A model generated the notes under the pieces. It was not told the DNA's origin, did not search any database, and saw only the letters and a list, made by a program, of their open reading frames with translations. Positions 20,135 through 30,082 of a stretch of DNA of 64,000 nucleotides are shown here, piece after piece. Both the position numbers and the translations under genes were made by a program. Position 1 is the first letter of the stretch, and each line of letters begins with the position of its first letter. Source of the DNA: a virus (Duplodnaviria; Caudoviricetes); the IMG/VR virus record IMGVR_UViG_3300046786_000128, positions 12,368-76,367 of that record; one strand, 5' to 3'.

Positions 20135-21973
20135 ATGGCATATACAATTAATAAAACTGACGGAACAATCTTAGCTACAGTTGCTGATGGACAAGTTGAT
20201 ACATTATCATCTGACTTAACATTAATCGGTAAGAACTATAGCGGTTTTGGTGAAGCGTTAAACGAAAATTTAATTAAATTGCTAGAAAATTTTTCTAGCT
20301 CTTCAGCACCTGTACATCCAGTAAGAGGACAAATTTGGTTCGATGTTACCGAATTAAAATTAAAAGTTTATAACGGCAACGGATTTGTACCAGTTAGTTC
20401 GGCTACTATTGCAGGAACTAGGCCATCTACATTAGGTGTTGGTGACCTTTGGTTTAATGAAATTGACAAGCAATTATATTTTTACGATGGTACTAACACT
20501 ATTTTGTTAGGACCGGATTATTCTGTAAGTCAGGGTTTGAGCGGATTAAAAGTTACAAACATTCTAGATACATTAAATCAAAATCGTGTTGTAACTTATC
20601 TATATACTAACGGAATCTTGTTGGGCATATTTGCTAAAGATAGTTTTACACCAAAATTAGCAATTGATGGATTTAGCGGAAGTATCGAACCTGGATTTAA
20701 TGCAGGAACATTGCCTGGAATTAAATTTAATGTTACAGCAACTAATGCAGACAAATTAGGAAATCAATCAGCAAGCTCGTATGTACGTAATGATACTTCA
20801 AACATTGTTAACGGACAAATTATTATCTCCTCTAACTTGGGTTTAATTATCGGTGATGCTAACCAAGGACAATTTCAAGTACAAGACGGTAACCTAATTA
20901 TTGCGAACATTGCTTCTAACAAGAATATGGTTCTTAACGTTAGACGTGACGTTATTGCTGAACCAGCAATAGAAATTGAGTCAGCTTCTAGAACAATTAA
21001 TTTGTATAGTGATTATCCTACTAGTCAAGTAAACATCGGCGGCAATCTTACAATTGAAGGCAACTTAACAGTAAATGGTGATGTAGTAACTGTAAATACC
21101 AGTGTTATGACTATTGAAGATAAGAACGTTGTTCTTGCTAGACAAACAGGAGTAACTCCGACAGATTCGGCTGCTGCCGGCGGCGGCATAATTTTACAAG
21201 GAGCATCTAGTCACGTATTCCTATGGCATGATGTTGGACAGGCTGCTCAGGCAGCTTCAGCTGGAGCATTATCAGATGGTTATAACGATGCACTACCTCC
21301 GTTAGCAAGTCAAGCATGGACAAGCACTGAGCATATCAATCTTGTATCTGGTAAAGAATTTAAAATTGACGGAGTTACAGTTCTTAGTGCAACTGCACTA
21401 GGAGCAAGTATCACAAGTATTCCGGGTGTAACATCATTCGGTGCTCAGACACAATTAACTGTGGATGATTTGTTTTTCAACGATGCAGCTATTGAAGTTA
21501 CTGCGGCAAATACAGATTTAACTTTAACAATTAACGGAACCGGAACACTAAACTTAGGTGGTGCAAGAATCTCCAATGTTGACACTCCGGTAGCCGGAAC
21601 AGATGCAGCAAATAAGGAATATGTTGATAGCACAATTGAAACTCGAAGCCTTGCATTTAGCATGGATATTTCGGACGGTATTGCTAACTCCGGTATTGCA
21701 GCATTGCTAGAGCAAATAGCTCCAGTTGCTGAATATAGAAACGGTACAATTGCACGTATTTTATGTTCTTTTGCTGTTAACAGTACAACAAACCTAGACA
21801 TTAATCCGTTGCTAACAACAAGTTCTGTAGAATTTGTAACCCCAACAGGTACAGCGTTCGGTTTAAACAACGTAAGTTTTTCGACAGCTACAGTCGCAGC
21901 GCCAAACTTAGCTATTTCTAGAACCGTTAAGACGTTCCAGATTATTAGCAACGCATGGACATTTGTAAGCTAA
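20135..21973 (+). CDS. Tail fibre/baseplate protein paralog 2
   Basis: Shared N-terminus (GKNYSGFGEALNENLIKLLENFS...GQIWFD); beta-rich Thr/Gly/Ser composition. Confidence 0.7.
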   Translation: MAYTINKTDGTILATVADGQVDTLSSDLTLIGKNYSGFGEALNENLIKLLENFSSSSAPVHPVRGQIWFDVTELKLKVYNGNGFVPVSSATIAGTRPSTLGVGDLWFNEIDKQLYFYDGTNTILLGPDYSVSQGLSGLKVTNILDTLNQNRVVTYLYTNGILLGIFAKDSFTPKLAIDGFSGSIEPGFNAGTLPGIKFNVTATNADKLGNQSASSYVRNDTSNIVNGQIIISSNLGLIIGDANQGQFQVQDGNLIIANIASNKNMVLNVRRDVIAEPAIEIESASRTINLYSDYPTSQVNIGGNLTIEGNLTVNGDVVTVNTSVMTIEDKNVVLARQTGVTPTDSAAAGGGIILQGASSHVFLWHDVGQAAQAASAGALSDGYNDALPPLASQAWTSTEHINLVSGKEFKIDGVTVLSATALGASITSIPGVTSFGAQTQLTVDDLFFNDAAIEVTAANTDLTLTINGTGTLNLGGARISNVDTPVAGTDAANKEYVDSTIETRSLAFSMDISDGIANSGIAALLEQIAPVAEYRNGTIARILCSFAVNSTTNLDINPLLTTSSVEFVTPTGTAFGLNNVSFSTATVAAPNLAISRTVKTFQIISNAWTFVS

Positions 21974-21976
21974 TGA

Positions 21977-21983
21977 GTAAATA
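21977..21983 (+). promoter_or_regulatory. T4-like late promoter (GTAAATA)
   Basis: In the intergenic gap, followed by a GGGAG SD and the ATG at 21999. Confidence 0.55.
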
Positions 21984-21998
21984 TGTAGGGAGCGAAGA

Positions 21999-23813
21999 AT
22001 GGCATATATAATTAACAGGTTTAGCGGTCAACAACTAGTGGTACTAGATGACGGTACCTTAGATACTTCTACCAGCATAGGCCTGTTAGGACGTAACTAT
22101 ACTGGATACGGTGAAGTACAAAACGAAAACTTTCTATACTTACTAGAAAATTTTGCAAACGATGCACCTCCATCGAGGCCCGTATCAGGACAAACCTGGT
22201 ATGATACAGTTACTAATTCTTTAAATGTATATAGTGGAACAGATTGGTCTCCAGTTGGATCAGCAATTGTTGCAAATTCTGAACCTGCTGGGTTTAATGG
22301 AAGTTTATGGTATAAACCAACAACTGATCAATTATATGTATTTGAAGACGGCATTTGGAAATTAATAGGACCGGAAGCTGTTGAAGGTTTTGGGACAACA
22401 AAATTAAGAGCAAGAAGTGTATTTGATACATCAAACGTAAAGCATGCAATTTTAGAATTATTAGTTAATGGATCGCCATTAGCGGTATGTGCAAGTTCTG
22501 AATTTGTATTGAATGATTCAAATCCTATTGACGGTTTTACAGAACTATCATCGGGAATCAATATTAGTTCTTCTAAAAACTTTGTTGGAAGTCTAACAGG
22601 TAATGCATCGTCTGCAAGTAGATTATCTTCAAATAAAACAATTAATGGTGTAGTATTTGATGGATCTACAAACGTAACTATTAAAGCAAGTACAACTAAT
22701 CCATTAATTCGTGGTGCATATATATCCGGAACAAATTTTGACGGATCAGCACCGAATACTTGGTCCGTGGATGCTAGTTCGTCTAACATAATTGGTAAAG
22801 TAGTAGCTAGAGATAGTTCCGGAGATTTTGCAGCAGGTACTATTACTGCTAATCTAATTGGTGATGTTCAAGGAAATGTTACAACAACAACTGGTACTAG
22901 TAGATTTAATATTGTTGAAGCAGATCAATTTATCGGTGCAACCTTATCAGGTAATGCAGATACAGCTAACAGATTTGCAACGCCAAGAACAATTAATGGC
23001 GTAGAATTTGACGGATCTATTAATGTAACAGTTCCAGTTTCTGGGTTAGATGTTACTGGTACACGACTAGCATATAATGTTCTAGAATCGAGATTAACTA
23101 CACTTGGTACCTTAAACAGCTTAGATGTAAGCACAACAGGTTTTATTACCATAGGTGGACCTAGCCCTAGTACAGCGGCATTAGCTGTTTCTGTAGACGG
23201 CGTTACACCGATTTTTACAGGTAATACAGGATCTATCCAAATTAATATGGTAGATTCTACACAGCCTGGTAATGTTTCAACATTTGCATTTGTTAATTCT
23301 ACAGTTTCTTTAACTTCGGGCGGTCAAGCAGCGCCTGCTTTTATTCCTGATACAGAAAATAATACCAATTTAGGTATTACTACAAATAGGTGGAATAATG
23401 TTTATGCTAATTATTTCCATGGTATTGCTACAGCAGCACAATATGCTGACTTGGCTGAAAACTACCTAGCCGATGCAGAGTATGAACCAGGTACAGTATT
23501 AGAATTTGGCGGCAAATTTGAAGTAACTATTGCAGAAGATTCCACAAATAGACTAGCAGGTGTTGTTACAACAAATCCTGCGTATCTAATGAATAGTGAA
23601 TGCAGTGGTGAATTTGTTGCAGGGATTGCTTTGCAGGGCAGAGTTCCGTGCAAAGTTAGAGGTAAAATACGTAAAGGTGATATGCTAGTAAGCGGCGGTA
23701 GCGGATTTGCTAGACCCTGCCAAAATCCAACAATTGGTACAGTAATTGGCAAAGCACTAGAAGATTTTGACGGTATTTCGGGTGTAATCGAAGTGGCCGT
23801 GGGCAGAATTTAA
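21999..23813 (+). CDS. Tail fibre paralog 3 with C-terminal Peptidase_G2-like intramolecular chaperone
   Basis: Shared N-terminal module; C-terminus AQYADLAENY...GRVPCKV.G.I.KGD.LV. Confidence 0.7.
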   Translation: MAYIINRFSGQQLVVLDDGTLDTSTSIGLLGRNYTGYGEVQNENFLYLLENFANDAPPSRPVSGQTWYDTVTNSLNVYSGTDWSPVGSAIVANSEPAGFNGSLWYKPTTDQLYVFEDGIWKLIGPEAVEGFGTTKLRARSVFDTSNVKHAILELLVNGSPLAVCASSEFVLNDSNPIDGFTELSSGINISSSKNFVGSLTGNASSASRLSSNKTINGVVFDGSTNVTIKASTTNPLIRGAYISGTNFDGSAPNTWSVDASSSNIIGKVVARDSSGDFAAGTITANLIGDVQGNVTTTTGTSRFNIVEADQFIGATLSGNADTANRFATPRTINGVEFDGSINVTVPVSGLDVTGTRLAYNVLESRLTTLGTLNSLDVSTTGFITIGGPSPSTAALAVSVDGVTPIFTGNTGSIQINMVDSTQPGNVSTFAFVNSTVSLTSGGQAAPAFIPDTENNTNLGITTNRWNNVYANYFHGIATAAQYADLAENYLADAEYEPGTVLEFGGKFEVTIAEDSTNRLAGVVTTNPAYLMNSECSGEFVAGIALQGRVPCKVRGKIRKGDMLVSGGSGFARPCQNPTIGTVIGKALEDFDGISGVIEVAVGRI

Positions 23814-23828
23814 TTCATGCTATTTACG

Positions 23829-23835
23829 ATAAATA
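23829..23835 (+). promoter_or_regulatory. T4-like late promoter (ATAAATA)
   Basis: Intergenic, upstream of a GGAG SD and the ATG at 23858. Confidence 0.6.
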
Positions 23836-23857
23836 ACAGTTATAACGGAGTTGATCA

Positions 23858-25612
23858 ATGGCATATCAAGTAGACAAATTTAATGGAACATTCTTAGTCT
23901 CTGTCGACGACGGAACCATTGATACTACCACCGATTTGCGTTTTGTAGGTAAGAATTATGCTGGTTACGGCGAAGTACAAAACGAAAACTTTTTACACTT
24001 ATTAGAGAGCTTTGCAAATACCTCAGAGCCACCTAAGGCTATTACTGGACAGGTATGGTATGATAGCGGTAATAAGAAACTAAAATTTTATGACGGTGCT
24101 AAATTTAGAACTGCTAGTGGTGCAGAAGTAGGTCCTACAGAACCCTCTGGTTTACAGTCTGGAGATTTTTGGTTTGATACTTCTACTGATCAATTAAAAG
24201 CATGGAATGGAACTGAATTTGTTCTTATTGGACCTGAAACTGCACCGGATTTAGGTGCAAGTGCAGTAGTTTCACAGGTTGTAAAAGATACAAACGGCAA
24301 CAATCACACCATTGTTAAGTTTCAATCAGGCGGCGATGTTGTTTCTATTGTTAGTAAAGACGCATTTACACTAAACAGTGTTATTAATCCTATTACAGGT
24401 TTCACTGTTATTAAGAAAGGTATTACTTTAGTTAATACAAACGGAACAACTGGAGTTACAAGCACTGATCATTATTACTGGGGCACAGCAAGTAATGCTG
24501 CCAGACTAGGTGGTTATGAAGCTAGTTCTTATATCAGAACTGGTGAAATTGCTTTTGAACAAGAAATTAGCTTTAGCGATGCAGGTTTCACATTAGGTGA
24601 TCAAAACGATATTCGTTTTAGAGTTGAAAACGGCGACGAACCTGTAATTGAAAACAGATTAGGTAACACCATCACAATGCGTGTTCGTGTTACAGATAGT
24701 GATTTAAGAAACGTTGCAATTTTTACTTCGTCTGCAATACTTCCAGGAAGTAATAACTTCTTTAATATCGGTAGTTCTTCTAGCAAATATGCAAATATTC
24801 ATGCAACTACTTTTTTAGGAAATCTAACAGGCGATGTAACAGGAAGCACAACTGGTATTCATAAAGGTAATGTAATTGCCGATGACTTAACAGTGTCTTT
24901 CAATGCTACAACAAAAACATTTACTGGTGCATTTTCTGGAACATTAACAGGAAACGTTATTGGATCAGTTACTGGTACAGCAACAAATGCCACTACACTT
25001 AATAGTCTAGTTGGAGAATTAGGCGCAGTAGCAAATTCTATCACATTAAGAGATAGTTCTGCAAATATTACTGCTACTAGATTTATCGGTATTGCTGATA
25101 AAGCAAACAGACTTAAGATTGATAACACAGCAGTTGATACAGATCCAGATTATAAATCAGCAAAAACAACAGCAACATCAAATACTATTGCAGCAAGAGA
25201 TGGTTCTGGAAACTTAACGGCTAACCTATTCCAAGGTACTGCTACTGCCGCTCAATATGCTGACTTGGCAGAAAAGTATCTTGCAGATGCAGAATACGAG
25301 CCGGGTACAGTTGTTTGTATTGGCGGTGAAAAAGAAGTTACCGCTAGTTCGTGGGGTAAACGGGCAATCGGCGTAGTAAGTACAGACCCAGCGTTTATGA
25401 TGAATAAAAATTTAGAAGGCGGCACTTACATTGCTCTAAAAGGTCGTGTACCGGTTAAAGTTATTGGTCGTATTAAGAAAGGCGACGATTTAATTGCAGC
25501 AAACGATGGTTGTGCAATGATGGCTGTGCCACATGCAAGCGGTGTCTTTGCTGTTGCTTTAGAAACAAGCGATGACGAAGGCGTAAAAACAATCGAAGCA
25601 TTGGTATTATAA
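23858..25612 (+). CDS. Tail fibre paralog 4 with C-terminal Peptidase_G2-like intramolecular chaperone
   Basis: Shared N-terminal module; C-terminus AQYADLAEKY...GRVPVKV.G.IKKGD.LI. Confidence 0.7.
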   Translation: MAYQVDKFNGTFLVSVDDGTIDTTTDLRFVGKNYAGYGEVQNENFLHLLESFANTSEPPKAITGQVWYDSGNKKLKFYDGAKFRTASGAEVGPTEPSGLQSGDFWFDTSTDQLKAWNGTEFVLIGPETAPDLGASAVVSQVVKDTNGNNHTIVKFQSGGDVVSIVSKDAFTLNSVINPITGFTVIKKGITLVNTNGTTGVTSTDHYYWGTASNAARLGGYEASSYIRTGEIAFEQEISFSDAGFTLGDQNDIRFRVENGDEPVIENRLGNTITMRVRVTDSDLRNVAIFTSSAILPGSNNFFNIGSSSSKYANIHATTFLGNLTGDVTGSTTGIHKGNVIADDLTVSFNATTKTFTGAFSGTLTGNVIGSVTGTATNATTLNSLVGELGAVANSITLRDSSANITATRFIGIADKANRLKIDNTAVDTDPDYKSAKTTATSNTIAARDGSGNLTANLFQGTATAAQYADLAEKYLADAEYEPGTVVCIGGEKEVTASSWGKRAIGVVSTDPAFMMNKNLEGGTYIALKGRVPVKVIGRIKKGDDLIAANDGCAMMAVPHASGVFAVALETSDDEGVKTIEALVL

Positions 25613-25621
25613 GGATAGGAC

Positions 25622-26533
25622 ATGGCAATCGGTGATTTAATTTCAAATACAGACTATAACACAATCCGTAATAAGATTATTAATGTTATGTCCACAGGAT
25701 CTGGAAACAGCGGGTATGGACAGAATACATTCAGTCTAGCTGTTGCTGAAGGAAACACTATAACTAAGGCACAATGGGACGCACTAAGATACGATATCTA
25801 CAATGCCTTGATACACCAAACAGGTTCTGCTCCTAGTATTACACAAGTTGCAGCAGGTGATGTTATCCGTTATGGTGCCAGTAATCCAAACACACAATAT
25901 TCTACATTGTCTGATACCGCAACAACAAACAGATTTGACTTGGGAACAGGACAATTTGTTACAGATGCACTAGGATCTCAATCGACTTCAACATCTTGGT
26001 ATCAGTCTAGAAGTGTTACAGCTACAGTTACATTCAATACCGCAGAACAGGCTAGATTTTTCTTTAACGCTGGCGGTAAAATTAGATTTACTTCTACTAG
26101 AACAGGTGGTTCGAGTGTTCAACAAAACACAGATTGGAGTAATTTATTGGCTTCAATTGGCACACAATCATTCGGCGGTGGAACTCCTGCTGTTAATTTC
26201 TTTAATTTAACTAGCAGCTATCAACAATTTTTTACACAAGCATCAAGCAGTCCTTATGCAGCTAACAATTATAAGTTAGAAGCATTATGCAACGTTGCTA
26301 ACAATTCTGCTGGAACAGCTAACGTTCTTACATTTAGAATTACTTGGACTGATGGCTACTATGATCCAGGTCCAGAACCAAGTCCAGCACCTGATGATTT
26401 AGTTGATGGTACATTAACATTGACTATGGATGCTGTTAGGGCATACGGTGTTTTGCAGCCAACAGGAACTGCTGGTAGTTTTGTTACAATTGGTCCTGCA
26501 ACAACAGTTATTAATCCTTTTACTGGTAGTTAA
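25622..26533 (+). CDS. Putative virion structural protein (tail-associated)
   Basis: Last gene of the tail module; Thr/Ser/Gly-rich and beta-rich; AGGA SD. Confidence 0.55.
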   Translation: MAIGDLISNTDYNTIRNKIINVMSTGSGNSGYGQNTFSLAVAEGNTITKAQWDALRYDIYNALIHQTGSAPSITQVAAGDVIRYGASNPNTQYSTLSDTATTNRFDLGTGQFVTDALGSQSTSTSWYQSRSVTATVTFNTAEQARFFFNAGGKIRFTSTRTGGSSVQQNTDWSNLLASIGTQSFGGGTPAVNFFNLTSSYQQFFTQASSSPYAANNYKLEALCNVANNSAGTANVLTFRITWTDGYYDPGPEPSPAPDDLVDGTLTLTMDAVRAYGVLQPTGTAGSFVTIGPATTVINPFTGS

Positions 26534-26539
26534 TTTTTA

Positions 26540-26583
26540 CTCCTATTAAGTACCACATAAATAATGTGCGTATTTAATAGGAG
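26540..26583 (+). promoter_or_regulatory. SD-sequestering hairpin with the late promoter ATAAATA (26557-26563) at its apex
   Basis: CTCCTATTAAGTACCACAT / ATGTG(C)GTATTTAATAGGAG gives 19 pairs with one bulge and one G-U; the 3' arm contains the AGGAG SD of 26589. Confidence 0.8.
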
Positions 26584-26588
26584 ATCCC

Positions 26589-26939
26589 ATGGACGAACGT
26601 CTACAAAAAGCCTTAGATTTTTCCAACTACAGGCAAACTCTATCCATCCAACGTAAGACTCTTAAAGAGAAAATCAATGCCAAACTTACCTATGGGTGTA
26701 ACGGTGGACTATTTAAAATTGATCGTTCTTTAATTACTTTTGTTCAAATGTTAATTGATCAAGGCAGAACAGAAAATGTCCCGTTGATTGATGTAAACGA
26801 AAATCCAATTCTCATTGTTAATTTGAATGAATTTAGAGATGAAATTTTGGACAGATATTTTACAGCTACGTATGAATATCACGAAGAGTATCAAAAAATT
26901 AAATCTAGAAGAAGTGTTGAAAAATTATTAGATCTATGA
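26589..26939 (+). CDS. Hypothetical protein, first gene of the late glycosyltransferase operon
   Basis: Strong SD; ATGA overlap with the next gene. Confidence 0.7.
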   Translation: MDERLQKALDFSNYRQTLSIQRKTLKEKINAKLTYGCNGGLFKIDRSLITFVQMLIDQGRTENVPLIDVNENPILIVNLNEFRDEILDRYFTATYEYHEEYQKIKSRRSVEKLLDL

Positions 26940-27796
26940 CTAAAGGTATCTTAATATTTGCTCATAACAATCCTCAGATTGATTATGGATTAATGGCAAT
27001 CATCTCTGGTGGCCTAGCAAAGAAAAAATTAAATGTTCCTGTTAGTCTAGTTACGGATAAATGGACCATTGCTTGGTTAAAAGAATCAGATATGTTTTCT
27101 AAGGCTGAAACTATATTTGATAAAATTATTGAAGTTGAAAAGCCAGTTACAAAAAATTCTAGAAAACTACACGACGGATTTAACAGTCAAACTATTCCTT
27201 TTGAAAATTCTAATCGATACAGCGTTTGGGATTTAAGTCCCTACGATAAAACTTTAATGATAGACAGTGATTATCTAGTATTTTCAGATGCATTAAATGA
27301 ATACTGGGATGTTGATGCTCCGGTAATGATGGGTCATTCTTTAAATGATATCACCGGAGAACGTGCAGGCATTCTTGATAATAGAGTTAGCGAAACCGGC
27401 ATTCATATGTTTTGGGCAACAACAGTAATGTTCGATAAGAGCCCCGAAAGCCAATTCTTTTTTAAATTAGTTGATTTTATTAAAGACAATTATAGATATT
27501 ATGCAGACTTGTTTAGATTTAGTCCTAAGCAATTTAGAAATGATATTGCATTTAGTATTGCTAAACATATCATGAATGGTTTTGAAACAGAGTTTGTTTA
27601 TACATTGCCACCAGTTTTTTCTATCTTCGATAAAGATATAATGTTAAATGTAGATGCAGAAAAATTAACATTCTTAATAGACAAACCTTTAGACTGCGGA
27701 AGTTTCTGGGCAGCAACTACTACCGGAGTTGACGTTCACGTTATGAATAAACAAAGTATTATTAGGAATAAAGATAAGCTATTGGAGTTAATATGA
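26936..27796 (+). CDS. Putative GT-A nucleotide-diphospho-sugar glycosyltransferase
   Basis: KGILIFA start, LSPYDKTLMIDSDYL (DxD) motif; paralog of the next gene. Confidence 0.65.
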   Translation: MTKGILIFAHNNPQIDYGLMAIISGGLAKKKLNVPVSLVTDKWTIAWLKESDMFSKAETIFDKIIEVEKPVTKNSRKLHDGFNSQTIPFENSNRYSVWDLSPYDKTLMIDSDYLVFSDALNEYWDVDAPVMMGHSLNDITGERAGILDNRVSETGIHMFWATTVMFDKSPESQFFFKLVDFIKDNYRYYADLFRFSPKQFRNDIAFSIAKHIMNGFETEFVYTLPPVFSIFDKDIMLNVDAEKLTFLIDKPLDCGSFWAATTTGVDVHVMNKQSIIRNKDKLLELI

Positions 27797-28635
27797 AATT
27801 TGGTTACCTAATAGTTGTATCAAAAAATGCAGATGTTGATTATTTAAAATGTGCATATGCTGCTGCCTTGAGTATTAAAAATACACAGAAGCCTGGTTAT
27901 GATCAAGTAGCACTTGTTATTGATGATCCATTTTCAGTTAAAGCACTAAAGAGTCCTTGGGTGTTTGATTATGTTATTGAATGGAAACAAGAGACACACT
28001 GGGATGGTCGTAGTTGGATGGACAAATTAAGTCCGTTTTCTGAAACTGTTTGCATTGATGCGGATATGTTATTCTTGAGAGATTACAGCCATTGGATTGA
28101 TTATCTAGTAGAAAATAAAGATTTGTTTGTTGCTAACAAGGCACTTACATTTAGAGGTGAAGAAATCACTAGTGATTTTTATAGAAAGGCATTTACAAAA
28201 AATGCTATTCCTAACTTGTATTCGATGTTTACTTTCTTTAAAAAGAATACAGATATTGCAGATGAGTTTTTTACACTAGGCAGATATATTTTAAAAAATC
28301 CTACAGAATTTAAAAATTTATACATGACTGAACACAAGCCTAAAGTTGTAGGCACAGATGAAGCGTTTGGACTTGCTGCAAAAATTTTAGACATTCAAGA
28401 TGAGATTGCGCATGAATTAGATTTTCCTAAGGTTGTTCATTTAAAACCAATGGTACAAAACTGGCCGTGGACTGCGGAAAAAGTAACAGAGCACGCCGGC
28501 TTCTATCTTAACAGAGATGGAAAACTAAAAATAGGAAATTATCAACAACATGATATTGTTCATTATGTTGAAAAAGATTTAATAACAGATGAAGTTGTCA
28601 GTCTATTAGAGGAGGTTGCATGGAACAAGAACTAA
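27793..28635 (+). CDS. Putative GT-A (GT8-like) glycosyltransferase
   Basis: YLKCAYAAALSIK, LSPFSETVCIDADMLF (DxD) and TDEAF motifs. Confidence 0.7.
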   Translation: MKFGYLIVVSKNADVDYLKCAYAAALSIKNTQKPGYDQVALVIDDPFSVKALKSPWVFDYVIEWKQETHWDGRSWMDKLSPFSETVCIDADMLFLRDYSHWIDYLVENKDLFVANKALTFRGEEITSDFYRKAFTKNAIPNLYSMFTFFKKNTDIADEFFTLGRYILKNPTEFKNLYMTEHKPKVVGTDEAFGLAAKILDIQDEIAHELDFPKVVHLKPMVQNWPWTAEKVTEHAGFYLNRDGKLKIGNYQQHDIVHYVEKDLITDEVVSLLEEVAWNKN

Positions 28636-29207
28636 TGGATTTTGATAAATGGTTGGAATTACAACATTCAACCGAGGTAGAATATTTTGCAGTATATAAC
28701 TCAGATGGCGTAATCACAAGCGTTGGACCGGGACATGCTATACTTTCCGAAACTAAAATAAAAATCGACGATGATATTGCGTTGAATATTTTAGAAGGTA
28801 GAGAAAATGTATTTTCTTATCGTGTAGATATTCCTACTAAAACTTTGGTAAAACTGAATAGTTTTTCTATGCACACGTTAACTAAGATTGACGATGTGTT
28901 GCATAGAGTTGTAGACAGAAAATGGTCAAAAATAACTGATCCTGATATTTCAATAACACACGATAGTAATAAATCTCAGTTAAAATTTTCAATGAATGAA
29001 AAATATAAAAAGTTAATTTGGGAAGGTGAAACCGAAATGAACTTTTTAATAACTGACTATAACGATCCTAATATTCTTTTGCAGATGATTACTTTTAAAG
29101 TTGGTGACATTGCTGGCGGAGATAAAATTTTTACTGTAGATATCCGCAGTAAATTCAGTGTATATACAAGAAGAATTTTTGATCAATACGTAATTAATAC
29201 TTTATGA
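28635..29207 (+). CDS. Hypothetical protein (glycosylation operon)
   Basis: TAATG overlap supports a start at 28635; ATGA overlap downstream. Confidence 0.6.
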   Translation: MDFDKWLELQHSTEVEYFAVYNSDGVITSVGPGHAILSETKIKIDDDIALNILEGRENVFSYRVDIPTKTLVKLNSFSMHTLTKIDDVLHRVVDRKWSKITDPDISITHDSNKSQLKFSMNEKYKKLIWEGETEMNFLITDYNDPNILLQMITFKVGDIAGGDKIFTVDIRSKFSVYTRRIFDQYVINTL

Positions 29208-30082
29208 AAACAGTAGAATTTGATGTTGTCTTTTTAAGCTACGATGAGCCTAATGCAGATTTGCATTATGCAGATTTGTGTAATAAAGTGCCTTGGGCTA
29301 AACGTGTTCACGGAGTTAAAGGTAGCGATGCTGCACACAAAGCCGCCGCAGAATTAAGTGAAACTGAATGGTTAGTTACTGTAGATGCAGACAACATTGT
29401 TGATCCGAGATTCTTTAATTTAGATATTGATACTACTGATCCTAAAATACAAGTCTATAGTTGGTTAGGAAGAAACAAACTTAATGGATTAATGTACGGC
29501 AATGGCGGATTAAAAATCTGGAAGAAAGACTTTATCCTTAATATGAAAAGCCACGAAGCTAGTGATAGCGAACGTGCGCAGGTTGATTTCTGCTGGGAAG
29601 ACGGATACGTGCAGTTCAAAGATTGTTACAGTGAAACAGTTATAACAGGTAGTCCTTTCCAGGCATGGCGAGCAGGATTTCGTGAAGGTGTTAAGATGAC
29701 CTTAGACGATGGGGTAAAAGTTCCTGCACAAGATCTCAAAGAACGTATCTGGTGGCATAATTTACATAGATTGCGCATGTGGAGTACTGTTGGCGCCCAT
29801 GAAGACAACGGAATATATGCAGTACTTGGTGCCCGAATGGGAACCTGGATGACTAACTGTACAGATTGGAATTATGTAGACGTTAGAGATTTTGAAGTGT
29901 TAAAAACCATCTACGAAGAAAAAGTCAACCATACATTTATAAACGAAGATATACAAGACTTAGGTACAAAATTAAATCAGCAGTTGGGGTTAAATTGGCC
30001 TTATTTTGATAATAAGCAAAGCAAATATATTTTAGATTTATATAACGAAACAATTAAACTTACAAATACCTATTTAAAATGA
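29204..30082 (+). CDS. Putative GT-A (GT2-like) glycosyltransferase
   Basis: FDVVFLSYDEP...VHGVKG...AHKAAA...VTVDADN (DxD) and GNGGLK motifs. Confidence 0.7.
   Translation: MKTVEFDVVFLSYDEPNADLHYADLCNKVPWAKRVHGVKGSDAAHKAAAELSETEWLVTVDADNIVDPRFFNLDIDTTDPKIQVYSWLGRNKLNGLMYGNGGLKIWKKDFILNMKSHEASDSERAQVDFCWEDGYVQFKDCYSETVITGSPFQAWRAGFREGVKMTLDDGVKVPAQDLKERIWWHNLHRLRMWSTVGAHEDNGIYAVLGARMGTWMTNCTDWNYVDVRDFEVLKTIYEEKVNHTFINEDIQDLGTKLNQQLGLNWPYFDNKQSKYILDLYNETIKLTNTYLK

Noticed and set aside
18048-25612. Diversity-generating retroelement or invertible fibre cassette
   Set aside because: No reverse transcriptase, invertase or adenine-specific template/variable repeat pair is visible; the similarity is ordinary paralogy.
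757-25664. Many antisense or out-of-frame ORFs (e.g. 16921-17358, 18851-19381, 21445-21951, 22328-22789)
   Set aside because: They lie fully inside long, motif-bearing genes, have no SD or motifs, and are the expected shadow ORFs of Thr/Val/Ser-rich coding sequence.
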